Assembly (NCBI GenBank): GCA_963752595.1
Contig: CAVVYZ010000020.1
Location: 64,001-128,000, forward strand
DNA length: 64,000 bases
Reading direction: 5' to 3'
Source: an uncultured delta proteobacterium
GTDB lineage: Bacteria > Desulfobacterota > Desulfomonilia > UBA1062
The translations under genes and the position numbers were made by a program. Under the pieces are notes generated by a model. That model was not told the origin of the DNA. It saw only the letters and a program-made list of their open reading frames with translations, and did no database searches. This document shows, in pieces, positions 10,533 to 20,680 of this stretch (the stretch's first letter is position 1; each line of letters opens with the position of its first letter).

Positions 10533-12214
10533 AGAGACTTGAGGATATCCTCTCTCCGTACATTATTTTAAGACATCATAAGGATGTTGTGTACGTGAGC
10601 CATGCCCTTACGGCAAGAACAGGATTTCTCAAAGAAGAGCTCCAGGATTTTATCGATACGAATATATCGATGCTCCACTCGTCCGGCAACAGCCGTCAGT
10701 GCATAACACTGCCGTCAAAAGTCCAAAATGAATTCAGCTGTACCTTTACGAACACGACCCTCAACGAAACGGAAATATTCGCTTTTTCCGAACATATCCC
10801 GATCCATCCGGAATCGGACAGCAAGGCGATCTCCGAGATCCTCGTGCATATGTCGGCATATGCCGTGGGCGGCTGTCTTATCATCGAAAAGGGCCATATC
10901 ATCTATGGGAACAATACATTCCTGAGCCTTTTAGGGTATCCTTTGCCGGAGGTGCTCGGAAGGCAATTCATCGGCATTGTCTCGCAGCAGAGCAGGGAAA
11001 GCTTTATCAGGGCATGCGACAGCGCCCTGAAAAGTCCTGAAAAGATTATCCCCCCGACCGATTTTGCCCTTACCTCGAGCTCGGGGAAACTGGTTTTCGT
11101 ATCCGTGACAGGCGGTCTCGTCAACCGCGACGGAAGGGATTATCTCTGGCTGATGATGAATGATACCACGGAGACCATTACTCTCAAGAAGAAGCTCAAG
11201 GAAGAGGTGCAGAGATTTTCCGATCTCTATGATCTCTCTCCTATAGGTCTGCTCTACGTGAATCCCAGGGGGATCATCCTGAGCTGCAACGAGTTCGTCA
11301 GCAAGCTCATGGGCTATGGGAAGGATGAGATCTTCGGTGCCCATTTCACCAAGTTCGTGGTGCCCCACGAGGAGGAGCGCCTCAAGCGCGAGTTTCTGAA
11401 GCTCTTCTGCGAAGGCAAGGGGATCCACCGGCAGGAATGCCTTTTGCGGACAAAGGACGGCGAGGACATTACCATTGAGTACGATGTCCAGGTCATTACC
11501 CGGAAGCACCGGAATGTCCAGGCGCTGATGGTATTCTCCGACGTTACGGACAAAAAGGGACTCGAGATGGAGCTCCTTGAAAAGAACGCCGAGATGGAGA
11601 AGACCTTGTGGGAAATGGCCGAGGTCAAGGATGCCCTGGAAGCACGTGCAGGGGAGCTCAACAGGGCCACCGAGGAGCTGAAAGTACTGAACGAGAAGCT
11701 CAACCAGCTCTCTATCACCGACGGCCTGACGGAAATCTACAACCACCGCCATTTCCAGGACCGCCTCTCGGAAGAAGTGGAACGCGCCCAGCGGGCTAAA
11801 GGCGGGATCGTATCGCTGCTTATCCTGGATATCGATGATTTCAAGCACTTCAATGATACCTATGGACACCAGTGCGGGGACATGGTCCTGAAACAACTGG
11901 CAGGGATATTAAAGAACAGTGTCCGCACTATCGATATCATTGCCCGCTACGGAGGGGAGGAGTTCGCAGTAATCCTTCCCAGTACGGCTGTTGAAGAATC
12001 CGCACGTGTGGCTGAAAGGATATGCGAATCCATACGGTCGACCCCTTTTTCCTTCGGTGACGGCACGTCGGTCAAGGTCACGGTCAGTATCGGAGTGGGG
12101 AGTCTCACCCATGGACAGGGGGAGAAATCCGAGCTCATCAGGAAAGCCGACAATGCCCTCTATGCCGCAAAGGCCAAGTGGAAAGACAGGGTTGAGGTAT
12201 GGGAAGAGGATTGA
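10517..12214 (+). CDS. PAS-PAS-coiled-coil diguanylate cyclase
   Basis: DGLTEIYN, DIDDFKHFND, GGEEF. Confidence 0.93.
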   Translation: MELDLERLEDILSPYIILRHHKDVVYVSHALTARTGFLKEELQDFIDTNISMLHSSGNSRQCITLPSKVQNEFSCTFTNTTLNETEIFAFSEHIPIHPESDSKAISEILVHMSAYAVGGCLIIEKGHIIYGNNTFLSLLGYPLPEVLGRQFIGIVSQQSRESFIRACDSALKSPEKIIPPTDFALTSSSGKLVFVSVTGGLVNRDGRDYLWLMMNDTTETITLKKKLKEEVQRFSDLYDLSPIGLLYVNPRGIILSCNEFVSKLMGYGKDEIFGAHFTKFVVPHEEERLKREFLKLFCEGKGIHRQECLLRTKDGEDITIEYDVQVITRKHRNVQALMVFSDVTDKKGLEMELLEKNAEMEKTLWEMAEVKDALEARAGELNRATEELKVLNEKLNQLSITDGLTEIYNHRHFQDRLSEEVERAQRAKGGIVSLLILDIDDFKHFNDTYGHQCGDMVLKQLAGILKNSVRTIDIIARYGGEEFAVILPSTAVEESARVAERICESIRSTPFSFGDGTSVKVTVSIGVGSLTHGQGEKSELIRKADNALYAAKAKWKDRVEVWEED

Positions 12215-12843
12215 GCATATCCTTTGATCTCGATGGAACGCTCACCAGCAACAGTTTCGTAGACAGCGTCTGGCTCGAAGGCCTTCCCGGTCTTGTTGCA
12301 CAGAGACAGAAGATAGATTTTCCAACCGCACAGTGCATGTGCAAAGACGCTTACTCCGGAGTAGGGGACGGGTCACTCCTCTGGTATCGGCTCCCGTACT
12401 GGCTGGAGTATTTCGATCTGAAGGATACGGATCCGAAACGCCTCGTCAGCCAATATGCATCCCGAATCGAGCTGTACGACGACGTGCTTCCTGTCCTGAA
12501 GGGAATGAAGCACGAAGGTTTCGATCTTATCCTGTTCTCGAACGCCGCACGGGACTTCCTCGACCTGGAGGTTTCCTCAGGCGCCTTGGAGCCTTTCTTT
12601 ACCAGGATCATTTCCGTGAGCGACGACTGGGGCATGGTCAAAGCCGAAGCGGCCGCCTATACCAGACTCCGGGAGACCGTCGCCGGAGACCTCGTCCATA
12701 TCGGAGACCACAAGCGCTTCGATTACGAGGTCCCCATGAGCATCGGGATCACTGCCTACCACATCTGCCGCGACAGTGCCCCCGCAACCAACAGCTGCCT
12801 GCACACCCTCCACCAGTTCGCCGAAATATTCCTTCATCAATAG
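12199..12843 (+). CDS. HAD-superfamily hydrolase
   Basis: FDLDGTL, FSNA, HIGD motifs. Confidence 0.88.
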   Translation: MGRGLSISFDLDGTLTSNSFVDSVWLEGLPGLVAQRQKIDFPTAQCMCKDAYSGVGDGSLLWYRLPYWLEYFDLKDTDPKRLVSQYASRIELYDDVLPVLKGMKHEGFDLILFSNAARDFLDLEVSSGALEPFFTRIISVSDDWGMVKAEAAAYTRLRETVAGDLVHIGDHKRFDYEVPMSIGITAYHICRDSAPATNSCLHTLHQFAEIFLHQ

Positions 12844-12913
12844 TGAGATTGCCTCTCCTTATAAATGGATATGGGAGTAATACGTACGAAGGGGCATGGA
12901 GGTGATCGGGGGA

Positions 12914-13116
12914 GCGGTGGATAACAAAGGGGCTCTTCCGATCACGGAACAGCCCTTTTTGATACATCTTCAGGTTCGTCTCCGGGCGATCCTTAGAAAC
13001 TCGCTCCGCTGACGCTACGCTCAAACATCCGGGATCAAGCGCCCTCCGTCTTCACCTGGATGTATTCGCAAAAAGAGCTGTAAGGTGCTCTCCAGAGCCC
13101 CTTTGCTATCCAACGC
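12914..13116. repeat. ~203-bp imperfect long palindrome (REP/MITE-like element A)
   Basis: Arms GCGGTGGATAACAAAGGGGCTCT / AGAGCCCCTTTGCTATCCAACGC (21/23 complementary), further inner stems; apical motif 12997-13027. Confidence 0.8.
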
Positions 13117-13385
13117 CATGCGAACAGGCTCGTGAAGTCTGCCCCCCTTCGTTCTGGTACTCACCAGCCCATGCTTTTTATCGGTATCCAGGGACACACA
13201 AAGTCTTTCCTGCTCAATCTGAGAGTCATGTGTATTGGGCTCACTCACTGTTTTTAAGCCTCAGATGGGATGACAGGGAATGGTGCCGGCATCAGGTTCC
13301 AGATTTGAGGGTGGGTATCCCCCTCCCATGATCTTAAGCTCCCAACGGAGAAAAAGAAATGAAGGGTTCAGCACCGGACGTGCCT

Positions 13386-13585
13386 AAGGGGAGCCAGGGG
13401 GTCTGTGGGGACACATTCAGGCGGTTTTTGTCAATGCATCCCGGTGAAGCGCAAAAGGCATCTTGACCCCGGACTGTCTGAGCGGAGCGTATGCGGAGCG
13501 AGTTTCCGGGGGCAGCCTTTTGTGCGAAACGCTGGATGCATCAAAAAGTGCCGCCTTTGTCCCCACAGACCCCCTGGCTCCCCTT
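13386..13585. repeat. 200-bp long palindrome (REP/MITE-like element B)
   Basis: Perfect 28-bp terminal inverted repeat AAGGGGAGCCAGGGGGTCTGTGGGGACA; apical motif 13475-13505 is the reverse complement of element A's. Confidence 0.85.
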
Positions 13586-13734
13586 CTCCTCTGGACCAAT
13601 TCCTTTTAGAACTCTTCATCGAAATATTTATTCACATCACAGGGAAAGATTTTCTCCGTGACCCTGCACTTTTTTCCATGCCGCGGTTCTAGGCCGCCAG
13701 CCATATGTGTGGCAGATCCTTGATAACGAGCCCT

Positions 13735-13750
13735 TGGCACCTCTGTTGCT
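13735..13750 (+). promoter_or_regulatory. sigma-54 promoter of fliK-flgD-flgE
   Basis: TGGCAC-CTCTG-TTGCT, GG-N10-GC spacing. Confidence 0.8.
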
Positions 13751-13785
13751 CCATAGGAAGCATACTCGATTGGGAGGTAGCAGAT

Positions 13786-15386
13786 ATGCAGTTGCCATTG
13801 ACACAGTTGCTGGATCTTGCATCAGGTGCCGTGGGACTTGTTCAGAAGGCTTTCACGCACGGCAGCCAAAAAGGCGGCAACTTTGATGCAGAGCTTACAT
13901 CGGCGCTGCAAGGCAAAACCGGGCATAAGAATCCCCTTGCCGAGATCCTTTCCAAGAAAGGGGCGCTGGATGATGAAACACTCCAGGGCCTTCTCGGGAC
14001 TTCCGCAGGTATCTTCCTGTTCCAGTTCATGACGTCATTGAAGCAGATGGGCTTGCAGGCATCCGATATCCAGCTCCTGCTGGGTGGGAAGGGAGCACAG
14101 ATGTCTGATGATGCCCTGAAGGCCATCCTTTCAAAAGCCGGAATCGGGCAGAAGGAGCTTGAAGCGATCATGGCGGACTCGAAGGCCGTGGCTGATATCA
14201 AAACTCAATTGTCAGACTCGTTCAAGGCATTCATAGATGCTCAGGCCCAGAAGGACGGGATTGATCCCGATGCACTGCTTCAGCTCACCGTTTTGGATTC
14301 GAAGACCATTGACGAGATTATCCAGCGGCTGGAATCAGGTAATCAGCAACCGCTTTCTGCAGAATCCGGCGCAGCAGGTCAGGCCGGTCAGTCGCATGAG
14401 TCGGGTGAGCAGCAGATGGCCGTTACCCTGGGCCTTATCCAGAGGAATATATCTCATACAACAAATGAGATCAGGGCGATGGTCGCCGCGATCGTGAAAG
14501 ATGTCACCCATACCGATCCTGCTGCAGCGAATGCGGATACAGCAGGGGAGACCAGGAAATCTCATCCAAGGTTAATACGGCAGTGGATACGGCAGAGAAC
14601 ACCTTGGGGATATCCAAAGACGTTCTCAAGGATCTCTTCTTCGAGACAGACCCGGTTTTACGGCAGCAGGCCGTGGCACAGGCGACCGCGCAGGTAAATG
14701 CTTACCTGAAGGCACAGGAAGGGAAACCTCTGGCGCCTGAGGTCGCGAATGCGCTGGCCTTTCTGAAAGCCGGCATGAGCGAGCAGGAGTTCTCCGGAAT
14801 CGACCAGTCCTTGAAGCTGTTTCAGCCAAACCAGGCCATCGTCGATTCCGGTCTCATGGTGGACAAGGAGATGTATACGGCCCTGACGAAGAATCTGGGG
14901 AGCAATGATGCCCCGGCACTGTTCGAGAACCATATGAAGCAGGTCATCGACCAGTTGAGGCAGACGCTGCCGTCCCACATGAAGAACGGCGAAGGCCAGG
15001 TCACCATGCGGCTCCATCCCCCCATGCTCGGGAAGGTTGATGTAAGCATGACCATGCATGACGGCCAGATCCAGGCATCGTTCAAGACTGATCAGGCCGT
15101 GACGCGCGACATCCTGATCCAGAATATGAACATCCTCAAGGATGCCCTGGCGGAGCAGGGAATCAAGGCGACCCAGTTCACGGTCACCATGAACTTTGAC
15201 GGCCGCTCGCCTCGTGATGGATATGCCTATGCATTTGCAGGGCATGACAGGCAGAGCCAGGGCTCGGGACCGAACGGCAGGCAACCGGATGAATCCGGCC
15301 GCACATACCGGGAAAATGACGGCGTTGCATATGCACAGGCAAACTATTCGGGGCTTCTGGATAACGGTCTCGATTTCTTTGCCTGA
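13786..15386 (+). CDS. fliK: flagellar hook-length control protein FliK (frameshift near 14560)
   Basis: C-terminal LHPPMLGKV...LKDALAEQG FliK domain; precedes flgD; split over two frames. Confidence 0.85.
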
Positions 15387-15407
15387 TGCCATAAGGAGGG
15401 AGAAGAC

Positions 15408-16076
15408 ATGTCGGCAGTAGGAATGGATGCCATCCTGGCAAACCAGGCAAAGACAGATACGACGGTAAAATCGGACAAGGCGAATACCCTTGGCAAGGAG
15501 GCGTTTTTCAACCTGCTTGTGAAACAGCTCCAGTACCAGGACCCCTTGAACCCGGTGGAGAACACCGAGTTCACCGGCCAGCTTGCCCAGTTCACGTCTC
15601 TGGAGACACTGAGCCGGATCGATACGAATCTGCAGCAGTTCGCCTCTCTGCAGACCTCAACCAACAACATCCAGGCCGTGTCGTTCATCGGCAAGAGTGT
15701 GAATGCACAGGGTAATATTCTGCACTACACAAGCGGGGATGCAACGATCAATTACAAGCTCGATGACAGTGCCGAAGCTGTGGCATTGAAGATCTTTACA
15801 GAAGACGGTTCGCTCGTGCGGACGGTCGACCTGCAGGGTGTCCCGAAAGGGGATGCGCAATACGTCTGGAACGGCCGCGATGATGATGGCCAGGCTGTAG
15901 ACGGCGGCAGGTACCGTTTTACCATTGAGGCGTTCGATTATGAAGGAAAGCGAGTAGGAACGAGCTCATACGTAATGGGAGAGGTCACGGGTGTAAGGTA
16001 TGACAACGGCACGACCTATCTCATCATCGGGGATAAGGAAGTAACAATTTCAGATATCGAAAAGATACAGGGATAA
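15408..16076 (+). CDS. flgD: flagellar hook capping protein
   Basis: LGKEAFFNLLVKQLQYQDPLNP, QLAQFTSLE. Confidence 0.95.
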   Translation: MSAVGMDAILANQAKTDTTVKSDKANTLGKEAFFNLLVKQLQYQDPLNPVENTEFTGQLAQFTSLETLSRIDTNLQQFASLQTSTNNIQAVSFIGKSVNAQGNILHYTSGDATINYKLDDSAEAVALKIFTEDGSLVRTVDLQGVPKGDAQYVWNGRDDDGQAVDGGRYRFTIEAFDYEGKRVGTSSYVMGEVTGVRYDNGTTYLIIGDKEVTISDIEKIQG

Positions 16077-16089
16077 GAAGGAGGCATAT

Positions 16090-17640
16090 ATGGGTATTTC
16101 CAGTTCACTGTTTTCAGGCATCAGCGGTCTTTCCACCCACGGCAACGCCATGAGCGTCATCGGCGACAACATCGCGAACGTGAACACCATCGGGTTCAAG
16201 GCCAGCAGGACCACGTTCGAAGATGTGCTCTCACAATCCGTATCAACGGCATCAGGCTCGTCCCAGATCGGCCGTGGTACTGCTCTCTCCGATGTAGACA
16301 CCCTGTTCCAGCAGGGTTCGTTCGAATCCACGTCCAATGCGACCGACCTCGCCATCGGCGGAAACGGGTTCTTCATCGTTTCTCCGTTGAACAGCGAGAC
16401 AGACTATTATACACGGGCAGGCCAGTTCCGTTTCGATGCCGACGGGTATTTCGTGAACCCTGCGAACTACGTAGGCCGGGGCTGGGCGCTGGATGCTAAC
16501 GGCAATGACCAGGGAACGCTCACGGATATCAGGCTGAGTGCCTTCACCTCTCCGCCCGAAGCAACCAATGCAATCACCGCCATCACGAACCTCAATACGA
16601 CAGACACTTCTAACGTGGCCAGCCTCTTCAGTACATGGGACGCAACAGCTTTAGAGCCCATCGGCGATACGTCCTACTCGTATCAGACCGCCATCAGGGT
16701 CTATGACTCCCTCGGCAATTCCCACGACGTCACTGTTTTCTATGACAAAATAAGCGATGAGGCAGGATCTGAATACCAGGGCGGGACAGCGGACTATGAT
16801 AACACGTGGGAATATATCGTGACCACCGATCCATCTGCGGATGAGCGGTCCGGATTTGCCGGCACCGCGATGCAGGGTATCCTCATGCGCGGGACTTTAA
16901 GCTTTGATTCCGCAAGCGGCGCCCTGCAGGGCGTGTCCTCCTTTGTCTGTGACCCTGCTGCCAACCCTGCTGTAGCCGCCAACTGGGTTCGGGCGACATC
17001 GTTCTCTCCCGAGGGGTATCCTCAGACTACAATGAACTTCGTACCCGGAGTCCCTCAGGATATCGCCGTGGAGTTCGGCGCGCGCAGCACGACCAGTGCC
17101 TGGACGGCCGACGGTACTCCTGCAAACACCTACTATGCAGCGAATATCGCTCAAATAGGAACAGCGGCAGCGGCAGGGAATTATTTAATCCCAGGTTCCT
17201 CCTGGCAGCCGCAGGCACTGACCTCCACCCAGTATGCATCCTCATCCACCACGGTTTACCAGACCCAGGACGGATACGGCACGGGCTTCCTTGAGAACGT
17301 ATCGGTGGATACCGACGGCGTCATGGTCGGCCATTATTCAAACGGCCAGATCCTTTACCTCTACCGGGTGGGCTTGGCAAAGTTCAACAACGATCAGGCA
17401 CTGAACAAGGTGGGCGGGAACCTCTGGGCTTCAACGCGCGCATCGGGCGACGCCATTACCGGTCATCCGGGTGAAAACGGCCTCGGCAGGATCGCGCCCA
17501 ACTCGCTTGAGCAGTCCAACGTCGATATCGCCTCCGAGTTCGTCAAGATGATCACCACCGAGCGCGGGTTCCAGGCAAATTCGAGGATCATCACCACCAC
17601 GGACTCCATGCTCCAGGAACTCATCAACCTGAAACGGTAA
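16090..17640 (+). CDS. flgE: flagellar hook protein
   Basis: IGDNIANVNTIGFK, YTRAGQF, LEQSNVD, RGFQANSR. Confidence 0.96.
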   Translation: MGISSSLFSGISGLSTHGNAMSVIGDNIANVNTIGFKASRTTFEDVLSQSVSTASGSSQIGRGTALSDVDTLFQQGSFESTSNATDLAIGGNGFFIVSPLNSETDYYTRAGQFRFDADGYFVNPANYVGRGWALDANGNDQGTLTDIRLSAFTSPPEATNAITAITNLNTTDTSNVASLFSTWDATALEPIGDTSYSYQTAIRVYDSLGNSHDVTVFYDKISDEAGSEYQGGTADYDNTWEYIVTTDPSADERSGFAGTAMQGILMRGTLSFDSASGALQGVSSFVCDPAANPAVAANWVRATSFSPEGYPQTTMNFVPGVPQDIAVEFGARSTTSAWTADGTPANTYYAANIAQIGTAAAAGNYLIPGSSWQPQALTSTQYASSSTTVYQTQDGYGTGFLENVSVDTDGVMVGHYSNGQILYLYRVGLAKFNNDQALNKVGGNLWASTRASGDAITGHPGENGLGRIAPNSLEQSNVDIASEFVKMITTERGFQANSRIITTTDSMLQELINLKR

Positions 17641-17658
17641 CCGACCTTCCATGCCTTG

Positions 17659-17693
17659 AAAGCACCTGGGTGCCCTCTGGCATCCGGGTGCTT
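17659..17693 (+). terminator. hairpin after flgE (possible terminator)
   Basis: AAGCACCTGGGTGCC-CTCT-GGCATCCGGGTGCTT; weak U-tract. Confidence 0.5.
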
Positions 17694-17791
17694 GTAAGTG
17701 TCAATTTTATGACCTGTCTCTCCGGGTGCCCCTGCACGATCCATCTTCATAAGTTATTAATATCCCACTTGAAATAGTCTTTCAGCCTGAA

Positions 17792-17807
17792 TGGCACACC
17801 CCTTGCT
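17792..17807 (+). promoter_or_regulatory. sigma-54 promoter of the motA operon
   Basis: TGGCAC-ACCCC-TTGCT. Confidence 0.8.
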
Positions 17808-17846
17808 CTCTTCATCAGCAAAGAGAATGTTTGCAAAAGGGGTTGT

Positions 17847-18623
17847 ATGGACATTGCAACGATAATCGGGATCGTGTTTGCGTTCGGCATGGTTCTGATG
17901 GGGATCATGGTCGGGGGGCCTTTGACCCTGTTCTATGACACGCCGAGTTTGTTTATCGTGTTGGGCGGGACCTTCGGAATCATCTTCATCAATTTCCCCC
18001 TCAAAGAGGTATTCGGGCTCGTCGGCGTGGTAAGGAACGTGTTCTTTACCCAGGTCCGGGATGCAAAGGGCCTCATCCCCGCCTTCGTCAATTATGCGAC
18101 CATAGCGAGGAGGGAAGGGATCCTCGCACTGGAGAAGGCAGCAGAAGACCTCCCCGATCCGTTCATGAAAAAAGGCCTGGAGCTGGTTATCGACGGCCTC
18201 GAGCCCCAGTCGATCCGCGATATGCTCGAGACGGAGATCGAGCAGATCGAGCAGAGGCACACCAAAGGCGCGGATATCTTCAATGCTCTGGCTACCTACG
18301 CCCCGGCCATGGGCATGATCGGTACTCTCATCGGTCTGGTCCAGATGCTCCAGTCCATGAACGACCCGTCCACCATCGGACCGGCCATGGCAGTTGCACT
18401 TATCACGACATTCTACGGCTCCATCATCGCCAATATGATGGCCCTGCCCATGGCGGGAAAACTCACCGCCCGCTCCAAGGAAGAATCGCTGGAAAAAGGA
18501 ATGATCATCGAGGGGATCATGTCGATATCGGCAGGCGATAATCCGAAGATCGTAGAGCGGAAGCTCCATTCGTACCTGTCGCCGAACTTGAGGGATGAGT
18601 CCGTCAGCAGGCGGGAGGAGTAA
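17847..18623 (+). CDS. motA: flagellar stator protein MotA/PomA
   Basis: ARREGILALE, APAMGMIGTLIGL, VALITTFYG. Confidence 0.95.
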   Translation: MDIATIIGIVFAFGMVLMGIMVGGPLTLFYDTPSLFIVLGGTFGIIFINFPLKEVFGLVGVVRNVFFTQVRDAKGLIPAFVNYATIARREGILALEKAAEDLPDPFMKKGLELVIDGLEPQSIRDMLETEIEQIEQRHTKGADIFNALATYAPAMGMIGTLIGLVQMLQSMNDPSTIGPAMAVALITTFYGSIIANMMALPMAGKLTARSKEESLEKGMIIEGIMSISAGDNPKIVERKLHSYLSPNLRDESVSRREE

Positions 18624-18624
18624 A

Positions 18625-19412
18625 ATGGCTCGGAAGAAAAGGGTCTTAGCAGAACAGAAGAAGGACATGGGGCTTTTCCTCTACACATCGCTCATGCTCA
18701 TCCTTCTGACCTTTTTCATCGTGCTGGCATCCATGAGCATCCGGGATGGACGCAAGCAGCGGCTTGCGCTGGATTCCCTAACAGGAGGTTTCGGCATCCT
18801 TCCCGGAGGCCGCAGCCCGTTCAAGACGGACCGCGGCAGAGATATCCTTCCCCAGAGCGCACCCATGAAAGATCAGTCCACCGATATCAGGCAGATCAGG
18901 GCAGCCCTCTCGCAGGACGGTATAACGAACGAAACAGGCGTTTCCGAAGGAATGCTGGGCGTCACCATCACCCTGAAGTCAAGCCTCCTGTTCAAGGCAG
19001 GCACAGACCGGCTCAGCGAAGAGAGCTACAAGCTCCTCGATTCTCTGGCGCGCTTCATTGCGAAGACCGACAACAATATCATTATTACCGGCCATACCGA
19101 TTCCGTTCCCGTAGAGACACCGCCGTACTACTCCAACTGGGGGCTTTCGGCAGCACGGGCATTGGCGGTGCTCAACCACCTGACAAAGAAGGGGATTCCT
19201 CCGGCGCGGCTGGCTGCCTACGGTATGGGGCCCCAGCGGCCCATTACTTCCAATACCGACGAATATGGAAGGGGCCTCAACAGGAGGGTCGAAATTACGT
19301 TTCTTGGGATATAAAGGGCGTCATCAGTCCCAAGGATGCCGATGATGAGAGCCGGGATCTCAACAGCACGATCTTTGTCAAAGGGTACCGGTTCCACCTG
19401 GAAGAGCAGTGA
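18625..19412 (+). CDS. motB: MotB-like stator protein 1 (probable frameshift near 19305; TM lacks the conserved Asp)
   Basis: TM YTSLMLILLTFF; OmpA domain GHTD, SNWGLSAARA, NRRVEI. Confidence 0.8.
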
Positions 19413-20122
19413 TGGCAAGAAAAAGGAAGAATATCATAGAGGTTCCAGCGCCAAAGGGCGACCAGTGGATGGTCACGTTTTCGGACATGACTACCCTGCT
19501 CATGACCTTCTTCGTGCTGCTGATCTCCATGTCCTCCCTGGATTCCAAGGCAATCCAGGACATCAGCGGATATTTCAATGATGCCGCAGGCGTTCTGGAA
19601 TTCGGACAGATGCAGGCGGTTCCAAAGACCGCGAGTACTGTTTCCCCGAAGGTATTCGACGATATCGATCACTTGAACAAAAGCCTGGACGAGTCCCTGA
19701 AAACCACGGGGCTCGGCGGCCTGAAAGGCAAAGGCAGGGATTTTATCGAGGTGCGGCAGAGCGAAAGGGGATTGGTCATGGTCATCAACGGCGACATCCT
19801 CTTCGATCAGGGCTCGCCCGAACTGAAAAATGAATCCCTGATGGCCTTGAGTGCCGTGGCACAGACTATTCAGAATCTCGATTCGACCATATCCATTGAA
19901 GGGCATACCGATTCTTTCGGCACTGCGGAAGAACAGTATCGGCTCTCATTGATGCGGGCCGGCAACGTACTCGATTACTTCGTCTATTCGGCGGGATTGA
20001 GCAACACGAAGTTCTGCATCGGAGGATATGGGCAGGCAAGGCCGGTTGCAACCAATGCCACGAGCGATGGCAGGCGGAAGAACAATCGCGTGGAGATCAT
20101 TATCCTGAAAAGCAAGATATAG
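19409..20122 (+). CDS. motB: MotB stator protein 2
   Basis: WMVTFSDMTTLLMTFF; GHTD, NNRVEI. Confidence 0.9.
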   Translation: MMARKRKNIIEVPAPKGDQWMVTFSDMTTLLMTFFVLLISMSSLDSKAIQDISGYFNDAAGVLEFGQMQAVPKTASTVSPKVFDDIDHLNKSLDESLKTTGLGGLKGKGRDFIEVRQSERGLVMVINGDILFDQGSPELKNESLMALSAVAQTIQNLDSTISIEGHTDSFGTAEEQYRLSLMRAGNVLDYFVYSAGLSNTKFCIGGYGQARPVATNATSDGRRKNNRVEIIILKSKI

Positions 20123-20131
20123 GAGGATCAT

Positions 20132-20671
20132 ATGCAAGATGAGAGGAATGAGGGGAAAGAAGTCAAAGAGCAGGTGGAAAAGAAGCAGTCGCCTCTGCTC
20201 AAGATAATCGTTATCGTCGTCCTCCTGGGGCTTCTCGGTGGTGGCGGTGCTGCCGGCTACTTCTTTCTCATTGCACCGAAACTGAAATCTTCGGGTGCGG
20301 CTCCGCATGCAGCTCAAGAGGCTTCGCAGGAACAGGGCGAGTCCGGCGAAGCGGGAGAAGGCAATCCCGGGGGCTCCATGAAGCCTCTTGATCCCTTTGT
20401 CGTAAATCTCACGGACGGCCAGGGGACACGCTACCTGAAGGCCGTCGTCCAGCTCGAGATGGATAACGAAGCACTGGCCGGAGAGATCGACAGCAAAATG
20501 CCCCAGATCCGCGATGAGATCATCATGCTCCTTTCCAGCAAGTCCTTTGACGACCTTTCCTCCACTCCGGGAAAGAGGGCGCTCAAGCGGGGAATGGTTG
20601 AAAGCGTGAACAAATACCTCTCCACGGGCAAGGTGGTCAATGTGTTCTTTTCCGATTTTGTGATCCAGTAG
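20132..20671 (+). CDS. fliL: flagellar basal body-associated protein
   Basis: FVVNL, PQIRD, FSDFVIQ. Confidence 0.93.
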   Translation: MQDERNEGKEVKEQVEKKQSPLLKIIVIVVLLGLLGGGGAAGYFFLIAPKLKSSGAAPHAAQEASQEQGESGEAGEGNPGGSMKPLDPFVVNLTDGQGTRYLKAVVQLEMDNEALAGEIDSKMPQIRDEIIMLLSSKSFDDLSSTPGKRALKRGMVESVNKYLSTGKVVNVFFSDFVIQ

Positions 20672-20680
20672 GGAGATGAC

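Noticed and set aside
3044-11896. Long antisense ORFs (3044-4090, 7192-8100, 10931-11896)
   Set aside because: Shadow frames of well-supported GC-rich genes on the opposite strand.
13021-13692. Short ORFs across the palindromic elements
   Set aside because: They overlap hairpin arms on both strands and lack motifs; likely spurious.
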